DNA from: Balanoglossus misakiensis
Taxonomy: Eukaryota > Animalia > Hemichordata
Direction of reading: 5' to 3'
DNA length: 64,000 nucleotides
Assembly: GCA_040954595.2 (NCBI GenBank)
Contig: CM082582.2
Span: 7,380,063-7,444,062, forward strand
In this document: one piece after another, positions 1 to 11,759 of the stretch
Layout: the number at the start of each line of letters is the position of its first letter
Numbering within the stretch: position 1 is the stretch's first letter
Notes under the pieces: model-generated
Databases searched by the model: none
Seen by the model: the letters and a program-made list of their open reading frames with translations, nothing else
Told to the model about the DNA's origin: nothing
Program-made: the position numbers and the translations under genes

Positions 1-2117
1 TTTGGCGCATACACCAACATTCCATTAATGAAATTGGTTACTTGATAATTCTCCTAGTCAGGGCATTTGTGTATTATTCTCATTTTCTGTTGTTTTTCTT
101 CTACACCATCTTGCTATGAATGAATTGTCGCACACCTGTATTCATTCAATATTCATCGGCACCGATATTGGCGTATTGTTTACGTATTTTTACTCCTTGA
201 CAACCCGATGTGACAAACATATTGCGGGGAAAATCGCAGAATGTTAACGTTGTATCATTTAACTGCGTCATCGGTGCAGTGTGATTATCAAATAAATATT
301 TCTGTTTTAATAACGCTGTCTTAATTTTGATACGTGACTACAGCTGCAAAGGCCAGCGTTATGCGTCGTCACGGTCAATTATAAGAATTCTATAATTCTT
401 TATTTAATTATTATTATGATTTGCTTTGCTGATGGCGAACAACGGATTCTTATCACGCTATGCCCACACGTCGAGTGATTATATAACATCATGTAATGTC
501 ATCACTCTTAGATGATTTCTATATAACTGCATATTTATTGATCAAAATATATTACAATGGTAAAATTACTGATCGTAAAGTTGCAACTGCTGGTGTTGAC
601 GGACCACAATCATGGTCGCCGCACCATGGAAACGCGTGTTTTCCGTTGGACACAACGCTGCAACGCGAGGCGTGAATACAGGGAACTCTCCTCGGATCAG
701 ACGGATGCGATAATTGGTTTATGGAGTGTGGATAATTAGTTCCCCAAAGCCCCGTATCTCCGCAATGTGACCGTGTCAAGAGTCATCACGGACACGCGTG
801 AGTCATTGGTACAATGTAGGGCTCGTCAAAAATGGAGAGGGGGGAGGGGTGGGTGGGAATTAAGAGGCTACGTGTACAAACCAACGGATTTTCTCGAGTG
901 TGATTTCTCTAAATTTATAAACTATTTTTTCTCGGATCAAATAAACACGGCAACTAAACGCGTTAACCTCTCATTCCTGCCAAACATTTAATAATCGCGT
1001 GTACACAAACAAGGCTTTCCACTCTGAATAATTGTTAGCGTCACAACAGCGTGAACGTCGCTTCATGCGTTGTCAGCTACAGAAAGAATATTATGCAATC
1101 ATTGGGTGTGTCGTGGCGCAGACTACTGCAATCCGACATCCATCATACTTGTTCTTTAATTCTACTTCATCTTAACCTGGGAAATTAATCATTTATATCG
1201 ATTGCTTTTTGAAGGCGCGTCATGACCTTATTAAAACGCAGACTGCAATCCACATATAACACACCCTCGGAGATATATGGAAGTGATTTTCGTTTACAGA
1301 TGTACATCATCAGAGGTGGATGCGAATAATAGAGATTTCATTTCATGGTTTGAGCAAATACCTGGGGATGGGCCTCCAATTTTGATAATTTCCTTATCTC
1401 AATCGTCCGCTCTCTATAGGCCAATTGTGTCAAGTCAAATAGTACATTTAAAATCTCCTCTCTTAATATTTAATTTCGAAAATTACATCCGGTGTTACAA
1501 TTGAAAATGTCCATATAAGTGAAGTATCTGGAACTCTATCTATCCACTTAGTAACACGCGCGTACGCATCACCAGGGGCAATCTAAAGGCACGCGCGCGA
1601 ACAACACGCAGGGAAATCGATATTCCCAGGTACTACCGGGGAAGGAATCATTTTTAAAATATCGTCAGGTCCTCTATAAAGATAGCGTACAGTACACTAT
1701 ACATTAGCATCACTCACTTTTTCCCCGATGTTTCATTTAATAAATTCCGGATCCGTGCGCCCCCTGCCGTCAGTTTTTATGGACTCCCTAAGAATACCAA
1801 CGATCTCATCACCTGTGGGAGATCTCAGTCTCTGCAGTCTAGTGTGGGCACACGTGGCCATGCCTTGGCAAGGGGCATTCATCACACTCCGTTATGTTAG
1901 GTTGACCAATGCGAAGTTGACAGTCGACGCCAACAAGCTGATGTTTGTTTATTTTCGAAAAGTGCACCAAGGCGCCAGGTCTACGTGATATGCCCGGCGG
2001 CTCGGTTGGCTAATTAATACACGGCGTAAAGTACGTATACGTACACGGAAATCATAAGGGTTCTCTCACTAATCTGCACCATTCGATCATTAGTCAGGCC
2101 TGACCGAGTTCGTCGAG

Positions 2118-2183
2118 ATGGATCTGAGATGCGGATACCTACACGTTATTCTTCCAGATGAAGAAGCGAAATACAGTCTTCAG
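2118..2183 (+). CDS. DOK-like exon 1 (MDLRCGYLHVILPDEEAKYSLQ)
   Basis: gagATGg start, CAG|gtaggt donor, PH beta1-like GYL motif. Confidence 0.65.
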
Positions 2184-5100
2184 GTAGGTCTATGTGTAAA
2201 TGTGTGTGTTTGTGTGACAGTGTGTGAGAGAGGGGGGGGGTCAATTTCTGCTGCCGTATTAATATTTTACACTGTTTTATCGACATCGACACTATTTTCT
2301 GTCAATGAAAATGTATTTTATCTATTTTATGTAACATCATTAGCGGGTGAGCATCTTCCAAAAGATATCTAGACAGGTATATTCCTGATAGTTTTTGGCA
2401 TTATATAAAGCCTACACGCTTAACGAAATGTAGAGGCAATATAGCTTTCATCTTCAGTGACCAAAAGATTTTATCTCTTCCACGTTCACCCTACAGCAAG
2501 GAATACTATGTGTATTTATTTCCAGGTGTGGCCGTGCAAGTGGGTGAGGACGCGGCGAGTCGTGTCCATCGGCGGCCACAAAGCGCTGCTGGAGATCTGC
2601 GACGACAGAAGCGGCGAGCAGAAGACCGACCTGCTGCTGGAGAACATCACCAGCGTCCGCCGGGTGGCCAACAAGCACCGCTACGCGTTCAGGATCGACT
2701 CCGGCGACCACCCGCTGGTCTACCTGGCGTCCGACAGCGAGACCGGCAGCCACGAGTGGATCTCGGTGCTGAAGAGAAGTCTGCTGCCGGACATCCCGGC
2801 TATCAGGGAACTACCTGAAGTCGGAACGGGTAAGGCCACTCTGAGAATTATTCGAAGGAATTTGTATGGACAGTATACATGTATACGCTTTGTGAAGGTG
2901 ACGACGCCGCGGTTATCTGCTGTGTCATGAGAAATGGGCGGCGTTTTGAATTTGAACTCCAGTTTATATGGATATTAAATCATCTTTGTGGGTCAAGCAA
3001 ACCATTTACATTCAAGGAATTGTTTTATGTTGTAATGAAAATTCCCGGTGGTCACGCTCACGGAGATAAATTCCACTTTATATTCTCACATTAGGTTTAA
3101 CTTAATTGACGCTGAGTGTTCTAGTACCTTGCTCTTGTTTTCTATTGAAGTACTTATCAAGTCAATCAATTTGCTTTTTCATGAAGACGATGATGAAGAA
3201 GGCGCTAGGAATATTTCATGTTCAATTGCTCGTTGACCCTGAAAATGGCAGACTTGCGGCTGTTGTCAAAGCCCTTCTCGATACCTGTGATTATTAAACC
3301 CTCGATGTTATCCATATCTTCCTAAAATGTTCACTGTTTTCGACGGGAAACTCAAATTTCACATTGTAAAGACGTCATTCAGATATGGCGGATAAGAGGC
3401 TGAGGAATAGGACTTGAAATTATTAGAAACGGACGTAAAATTGAGGGCGCTTTCTTTTCGATGCACATCACGCAAAAATAACAAACCGATCGTATAATCG
3501 GGTCATCCATTATCATGGCATATTTGGAAAAGAGAATGTGGGATAAAATATTCATGTTAGATCTTTCTCATTCATTAAAGTGTCGCTACTTGAATACAAA
3601 TCCGAGGAGAAAAATCGCATTATTTTAGCGGCTCTGTAAATGTCATATTAGGTCACGGTCTTCCTCACCCAGACGTATGCGCCTCGGGGATAGATTTTCA
3701 GAAAAATTATAGGCCTCCAAACCTTTTAATGCTTTGCTGTATTAAAGTGTGTGGGCAGTCTTTTTGAAGAGAAATTTTGCCAGACGCAGTCACTGTGATA
3801 AATGCAGCCTAATTTTAATGAGATAAATATGTAAATGATAAGTTTTGAAGATGGTGGGTAAATTAGATCTGAGATACAATTATTGTTGTACGACGGTTGC
3901 CAGGTATTACTGTACGTTCCAATACGTGAAGATGTTTCCAGTAACTTTACATTTCGTTCGCAGAGTTCCATCGCGTGTGGGCGTTGCCGTTGGGCAGTGC
4001 GGACAAGATGAGACTGAACGGGGAGTTCCTGCTGGCCGTCACCGCTCAGCGGCTGTCGTTGTACAACGAAGATGGCACGCAGTGTCTCCAATGGCAACTG
4101 GATAAAATAAAGAGGCTCGTGATCATCTGCAAAATCGAGGACTTCGCGCAGGAGGATTACGGCAGGATCCTGTTCGTGCAAACAGAAGAGTGAGTTTCAC
4201 ATTAACCACTTTTTCTTCATGCAAAGGATGTTGCTCGTGTCTACATCTTTAACACGGAGGAAAATCACTGTCTCTTGTTCAGTCGAGTTCCTGGTGAACA
4301 TGCTTACAAGTCGTTGTCCTCAGAAATATATATGCATATCTAAATATCAATATCTCTTGACGGAAAGTTTTAGACGCGGTGTCACACGTTCAACTCTTTT
4401 CGTTTACATTTTATTCATTTCAGTAACCGTGGGGAAGATGGCGGTGAATACTATTTCCTATCCGGTCAGATGCAACGAATTCTGCAACAGATAGTGAATA
4501 CTATCAGCAGAAGTGCCAGTAAGATGGGTGGCCGAGATTCTCGTGGCCTGCCTATGGATGAATCGCCATCTACATCACCAAGACCCGAGTCAACAGCGGC
4601 GACGCCGGTTCGGGAGTTCGGCCAACCGAGCGGCGGGGAATCGACACCCGAGCCGGGGAGAGTCACCCCGGGAGAGAGAGCTCGTAAAATACTGATGCAG
4701 TCGAAACACCTGGCCCTAAAATCGTCAGAGAAAGAAAGGCTCTCATACACCAGCGGTCTATTAAGAGAGACGCGAATAACCACACAGTCGGTCAAGGGAA
4801 CAGAGGTTAGGCAGAGACGAAAGAGCTGCGTTGGCTACTACCACAGTACGGCAAGGGCAGAAAGTCCGGACTCGAAGCGCGTCAAAGACGAAATTACAGC
4901 TACCCAAGACGCTCTTCGCCTGAGATCAGCATCTTTAAGCCGTTACGACTCCAAAAGAAATGGCAAGCAGTTTGCCAATAAAGGGGACCCGGTGGAAGTC
5001 GCCAAAGAGGGCGGTTTGAGAGTTGATTCCGAGCCGAGGCGTGACCAATTACTGGTTGCAAGTTCCGTGACACCGCAGGGACTGAGACAAGAGTTGGCCT

Positions 5101-6593
5101 CCAGACGCCGGGCTGCAAACCTTGAGCGCAAATTATCACACCAGTTCACCCAGTCACTGGCGGAATATTTCTCTCCCCCGGCAAGACGCAGACACGCCTC
5201 AGAGCCCGAACGTCGCTTTGTGAACGGGGACGGAAATGCAGATGCCGTCGACAGCACGAGACCTCGGGATAAACTTCGTGCGCAAGAAGCCCGCAAGGAG
5301 AATGTCCCTTCCCACGTCGACCACGCATGCCCCATCTGCGGGACCAACGTCGACAGATTGGAGATGTCAAGAAATTCAAGTTTCTGTGATAGGTTTGCTG
5401 AAAGCAAGCAGCAGCGACCAGCCAAGGGCAACACCCTGCCGTCTCAAAAACCGAGAGAGCCAATGGCGCGGAGGTCCTCTCTGGCCTCAATCGACGAGTT
5501 GCACAAAGTGCCGCGAAGTCCCGATGCTCGGCGGAACTCGACGGAGGACAGAGATTCGAAAAGTCCGCATCAGTGTGCAGACAGAACCCCGTCCAGGCGA
5601 CCACTGACGCCCGCGGTGCTGAATTCGACACCGGTGATGGCGTGTCACGTCTGCGGGACGAATCTTGAGGAGTACAGAATGGAGGGTAGACATTCAAACG
5701 CCGAGAAAACTGTACCCGCCGTTGATGCCTTACACCAAAACAGCTTGCCGGGTAAGCACAGGGAGGGGTGGACATCAAACAAAACCCACAGATCGTCAGA
5801 AGATGTTGAAAACTATGACCTGTTGAAACAAGAAGGCCCGGAAGGCGATTTGGATGGGCAATCCAAACGTAACCACCATCCGGAATTGGCCCAGATCCGC
5901 ATCCATGGTCAGGGCGCTGGGTACGCCACATCCAACCCATCAGATACGATGTCACAGCATACACGTGCACGCAGACGACATCATTCGGATGAAAACAGTG
6001 ACCACTTCGATTATTTCGATGAAGGCCGCATTTCTCCGTACGGATCGAGTCGAAGCAGCTCATCGGATGAATCATCACCGGGGTCTGATTCGTCGTGGGC
6101 GTCACAAAATAACGATGGTGTTTTTCTGCTTCGTTCAGAGACAAGTCGAAGAACCAAAACAAGATCGCGAAGGAAAAGCTCCGTAAAAGTAAATGCTAAT
6201 GCAGGTGTCAGAGAGCTTGAACATGCATGCAGGTCTAAGTCGACCCGACAGAGATCATCTGTAACATCGATTGGCCAAGCAAACCTTCTCTTCGCAGACC
6301 AAGACATTGGAGATGTCGACAGAGATGATAGTCACCAATACGAGTCCCGCCTCTACGGTCAATCCGATGTTGTCAGAGCGCCCAACTACTCTGCGCCCTC
6401 GTCAACAAGCCGTTCGCAGTGTCCCGAAAGCGGCCATCCGACAACCGCCCGCCAGAAATGGCAGCAGATGAGCTGCGGAAGTCGACGGCGGAGATTTTCA
6501 ACTGGCTGCCGCGAGGTCGCTGTAATCAGAGAAGACTGGAGAACGCCCACCACCAGTGTTGAGAGGTATGACGCAACACCTCCAGGCATTTGA
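2118..6593 (+). CDS. DOK/IRS-family-like docking protein (PH + IRS-type PTB-like domain + ~690 aa disordered tail), 4 exons, 921 aa
   Basis: Exons 2118-2183, 2526-2829, 3964-4189, 4424-6593 join in frame (phases 0,1,2; 2766 nt) with GT-AG ends. Exon 2 is PH-like (ITSVRRV...YAFRI...LVYLASDSETGSHEWISVLKR). Exons 3-4 resemble the IRS/DOK PTB (GEFLLAVTAQRLSLY...QWQLDKIKR...GEYYFLSGQMQRILQQI). Family call is by eye. Confidence 0.75.
2526..2829 (+). CDS. DOK-like exon 2 (PH domain)
   Basis: tttccag| acceptor, G|gtaagg donor, strong GC3 codon bias. Confidence 0.85.
3964..4189 (+). CDS. DOK-like exon 3 (PTB-like)
   Basis: ttcgcag| acceptor, GA|gtgagt donor, phase-compatible. Confidence 0.8.
4424..6593 (+). 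CDS. DOK-like terminal exon (end of PTB + disordered tail)
   Basis: cattttcag-type acceptor; contains the 707-aa ORF 4470-6593. Confidence 0.85.
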
Positions 6594-6811
6594 GAGCCGG
6601 AAATCTCGAGCAGCAGCCGAGGAATGACGCGATTTGACGAGAGTCAGGGCAACTTAAAGTAAAAAAGTCAACGATGTAAAGAAACGGGGTTTTTTATAAT
6701 ATGTCATGATCGAAAGTTATCTCATCAATCGTATTGAAAACTTTTTCAACTGGCTGAGTTGAACTTCATAAGTACGACAAGTTGAGTCCCGCAAGGAACT
6801 CGAATATTTAA

Positions 6812-7141
6812 AGGGACAGTCTCGTTCATTTTTACAGTATTTTAGTTTCATTTATAGATCATTTGTGTTGTACTGTTGCACTTCAACATGACCGATGGCC
6901 AGTTATCACAACTCACCTGACTTCACGTATATGAATACATTACATGAGTACTTCCCTCATTTAATTTTTGGTCAATACCAAAAATGCGGTAGACGTATTC
7001 TCCTGTCGTGCACGTACCGTATACAAGGCGTGTGACAACGGGTAATTAAACATCCAGCTAACAGAATGATAACGACCTAACCGATATGTCTAAAGAAATG
7101 ATATTAAACGAAATATTGTCAAAAGTGATCGACTTTACCCT
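6812..7141. mobile_element. Decayed non-autonomous DNA transposon (MITE), Kolobok-like
   Basis: TTAA|AGGGACAG left end. The imperfect ~35-bp inverted repeat AGGGACAGTCTCGTTCATTTTTACAGTATTT matches the reverse complement of the right end, AGGGTAAAGTCGATCACTTTTGACAATATTT. Right TSD is degenerate (taaa). Confidence 0.4.
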
Positions 7142-10100
7142 AAAGGTTAAAAGCCGGTGCAGTAAAATTTGGCGGAGCGGACGCGAAATCAGGCCTTTGA
7201 TCATCACTATCCTGACCCGTACGATGGCCTTATATCGCTCGTGGTAATATATATTTATACAGCTGAGAGAAACGGTTTCATAGAAGTGGACAAAAGGCGC
7301 TCATCATCATCGGCAGGACTTCACACGGAAGGCGATTATATCGATAAATAAATCATGAAAATGTCTGCAGGTCAAGCTCTCCAGTGCCAGGGCTTTGTCT
7401 GCGGTCAGGGGCAGGACTCGGGGTAAATGCCGTGATTAATTGACTGACAGTTTGCAAAGAGAAGATAGAGGGGAGCTCAGCTGTGAATTCTGCGTGAAAC
7501 TCTTTTAATCTCAGTCCCAAGTGACATCCATTAAGACGGGCACGCAGGCTGCAAGAGGTAGATCATCTATATGGCGGAGGCCGCACTGCGACCAAAATGA
7601 AAATGCCCATCTTGAACCACCGTCGACTGAATCGTTGTGACGGACGACATCAGGTGCTGGGTCACGAAACCTGCGAGTAACCGTAGCGATAAATTATGAA
7701 GTCACACACATCAAGTCTACCCCGGAAACAACATAAAGTCGTCTGACATTTCTGTGTTAACGCACTTTTGTACAGTTGTTCACTTGAGTTCCCAGTTTCA
7801 CCAACTGAACACATTTATGGGTTGCATAAATTAAAACAGTCTCTCATCCAATCACATCAATGTATTTGTGGCTCAGTATATCGCACAAAATTAACACCAA
7901 GGCGTATATTTCACTGATATTTTAATACAAACAAAAATGGAAGAAATAAAAACAAGACAACAAAAAATAAAATTCTGAATGTTTCCATTACAGAACATTG
8001 CTATTATATAACGACTACGTGTAATAAATGTGTTTAGCACGAGTAACCTAAGGGACTTTGTGTGAATATATTAGTGTGTTTGGTAGCCATTTATTATTAC
8101 CCCCAAGTTACCGTTAATGGAATGGAGCAAGCAAAAGCTGACAGAGACCGATGTTGACTGCAGCATATATCTAAATGGTTTGAATTATATTCTGATGGTT
8201 GATACCATTGTTTGGTAAAGGGGTCGGTGTTCTACTGCAGAAAACACGGAGCATGAGAGGCAGTGCAGTGGTACTTGTTCAAAAATCAGACAATATAATG
8301 TACCTAGCAATGGAAAGGCAGTGATTACAAACTTTATGTCAATAAAAACAGTCATTTGAATCTTGTGCCAGCAATGGAGTCAAAGTATTGACCAACTGAG
8401 GACATCCTTCCTGGTCGTCAGTCTTTCATTACTAGTATAACTGAATATCGCTATCCTGGTTACAGTTTAACTTTTCAAATTGTTTCATTTTTTTCCCATT
8501 TACTTAGGTGGTCTGTATGCATATTTGCACAATTTATGCAAAACAATGCAACCCCTTAACTTACCAACTGGTCTCAGGACCCCCTTTTGACATTCAGTAA
8601 ACTAAAACTACTCTTTCTAATCCTGGTGTCATTTTCATTCAGGAGTAATCTACACTGTATTGTAGATAGAGACAAGTAAAGCAGTTTGCTGTCTGACATG
8701 AACATACATTATCACCCAGATTTTTTACCATTCTAGCAGTCACCTGCGATGTATACATGTATTTATCTATGCTGTCCCTCTAACTCCACTACACACCTAC
8801 ACCTACATCTTGCATCATTTTGAAGTTTCTGATTTTGTTCTTTTAGCACCTGGATCTTAAAATTCAGGAAGGTTAATCATCTGCATGCTGTCATCCCTGC
8901 ATGTACAGTGCTATCACCCACATACATACGCATGTCCCATACACAATGGGAGTTAACCATTCACAGATGGAGAGAATACTGAGTTATCGCGCGCGAGCTG
9001 AAAAAATCCAGAGACAGTCGTATACAGAAATTTTTTTAGTACGACATCTACTTATGAAAGAGCTGTGCTGATTGGCTTGGTAAGATAAGACAAGAGAAGC
9101 ACCGCCTGTCATCAACCAATAAACCACAGCCTTACATTAATAGTCATCTGGACTGCACCTGTTGAACAATTCTTAACTTGCATATTATGGAATGTGAAGA
9201 TAATGGAACTATGGATTATTTTTTCTCGATGCATAGAAGCATAAATACATCTTCTACCTGTTGTGATTTTTTATAATATTTCTCTGATGAAAAAAATGGT
9301 TTTCAAAACCCATTACCTTATTGCTGTATGGAAAAACTGACAGTAAACTATCTATAATAGTAACAATAACAGGTCACGTCGCTGGAACGGGTGGGATTTT
9401 CTGAACTGTGAAACAAAGTCTGACCTATTGCCAATACTTGTAAAGCTAAAAATGAACACTTGGACACATCGTAAAAATGAGCTTAATAGGCCCCCAGGGT
9501 CATATTTCAGTTCGCCTGATGACATTTGTTTTGATTTTTTTTTAAAAGATCCCTACGTGCAGCACTCGCCTGGAGGATTAATGTAGCGTAAATTCAACAC
9601 TTTCGTCCAAATTAGTTCCAAGTTGCCAACGCAATGTTGCGTTCTGTACAATAACTTAAAAAAAAAACAACAACCCCAGTCCCAAATACAACGAACAGAA
9701 ACTTGGACTGAAATAAAATCAGCACAAAGCCTGTACAGAATGAGAACTTTTTTTTTGCACCTATATCGACTGATTATTAGTATCGGGCTCGTCCATGCTG
9801 TACGTTGATGTACAATGGCGAGGTCTGACGTTAGCCTAAATATCGTAATACACTGTACTCTAAAAATAGACACCACAAACCACAAACGAATTTACAATTT
9901 TGACACTTTCCCAGTACTGTCATTCCTGTCTAGGTATGTGTAGGACCATACCTAGATATCTACTGTTACCCACTAGCTACCAGTGCCATCCATTTCCATA
10001 GATCTCACCATCATTCTCTATCACTTTGACCACACGGTACAATGTGTTAAAATTTCAAAGACTTATTACCTATGATAACGTTCTGGGGGTTTAACTAGAA

Positions 10101-10869
10101 CATAGTTACAAAATTTCTAATGTTATCTGGAGGATATTTACAATGGTGTATACTTTTGCACTCTGTTGAAAAGATGGGACTGCACCATTCATGTTAGAAG
10201 ATCGCCCTCACTGTCCAGTGGGGGCCAAAATAGCGCCCTCGCACTGTGCACTGGCAAAGAGCTTGCCTGCCATCAGAGGATAACACACACACACTTCGTA
10301 CTGGCAAGTGTATGGGACTGGATACTAGTAAAGTCAATATTTACCTGATGTTCACAAGACAAATTAGCACTTAAGAACATAGACAATGCCGGTGATATCA
10401 TCACTAAGACGTGGTCAAATGGTATTATGAGGTTCAATCTATGAACTGGAAAGGATTATAAATCATTTACAAAGTTTTGAGTTGAAATTAGTTTTTAAAC
10501 TACACAACATTAGAACAAATGTGCATGCAAACTTTGCTTATGTCCAAAAGACTCAATTTTATAAACATGGTGGATAAAAAATACAAACAATTGAAAAACC
10601 AACCAAAAATACGTGTTTAATCAATGTCAGCATTGATTATTGTTAAATACTTTAACTATATTCCTCTATAGTTTAAAATTTATTATGAGTTTTAGCTCCC
10701 AGCAGACTTTCTGATGTATTGCATAGAAAGTTCATGAAGTATTTAAAACTTAAAAAAATAAAGCATAAAACATGGTATAGAGCATGGAACTTCATGGTGG
10801 TGACTCGTGGCTGAGACTTGTGTTTTTGTTGTTTGTGTATGTACATAAAAATTACATTCTAGCGCATTT

Positions 10870-11335
10870 TCATGTCACTCTGGGTCCTGATCTATCATTG
10901 GATGTCACAGGCCGGAGTTGGACCCCGCGTCTGATTTGACTCATTAAGCTGTTTCCTTGCGGGACGGGGGACTCGGGCAGGTCCTGCGCCTCGGTCGGGG
11001 AATTCGTCGGCGTGCCGTTGGAATCCGACTGTTCGTGCCCCTGAGGAGGACCCCGGGGGTCGTGCGTCTGCCGCAGAAACTTGGCCTCCAGGCTGGTGAT
11101 CAAGTCCTTGCGGCTGAGCGTGGCGCTGCCCGAGAAGGCGCCGGGCTTGGGCGGCTGCGCCATGTCGCTGCAGCTGCGGCGGTGCGTCAGGTAGTGCGGC
11201 ATGGGCTGCTGCTTGCTCTGCTGCTGCTGCAGCATCATCTGCAGCCGCTGCTGCCGGCCCTGCTGGTGCTGCAGCTGGTAGGAGTTGTACGCCTGGTACT
11301 GCGACTCCTGATAGGCGTTCTGCTGCTGCTGCTGC

Positions 11336-11369
<34 letters not shown>

Positions 11370-11759
11370 GCAAGTAAGGTTTATGATAATTGCTCCTCAT
11401 GCTTCCACTACTGGCCGGCCGCGGCGTGTAGATTTGGTTCGGTTGCTCGTAAATCGGGCTCACAGAGTTCTGACTCCCCACGTCGTCCTCGTTGAAGTCA
11501 TCATCCGGCATGACCGGATTCGAACTCGTCCTCCGAACGGGCGGCGGGGGCTTGTTCTTCTGGGAGCTGTTCCGGCGCAGCGTGCCGCCCGGGGTTCCCG
11601 GTCTCGAACTGACGTTGATCGGGATTCCGGTCGTGGATGCCGGTCTCTTCGGGGTAACAGGCGGCTGGTAAGAATTACTGAAATCACCGCTGCGCGGAAT
11701 CGTGGAAAAACGTTCATAGTCTGGGTCACCGTCACCGTCCATGGAATAGTAGTCATAGT
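10870..11759 (-). CDS. MTSS1: MTSS terminal exon (DYDYYSM...polyQ...WH2, stop)
   Basis: gactgtag| acceptor, WH2 at C-terminus, TGA at 10872-10870. Confidence 0.93.

Noticed and set aside
5146-6162. 338-aa minus-strand ORF and other nested ORFs
   Set aside because: Shadows of the DOK-like terminal exon, with no recognisable protein features
10850-10872. Stop-codon readthrough of MTSS
   Set aside because: TGA is followed by AAA rather than CTAG, and another stop follows after five codons
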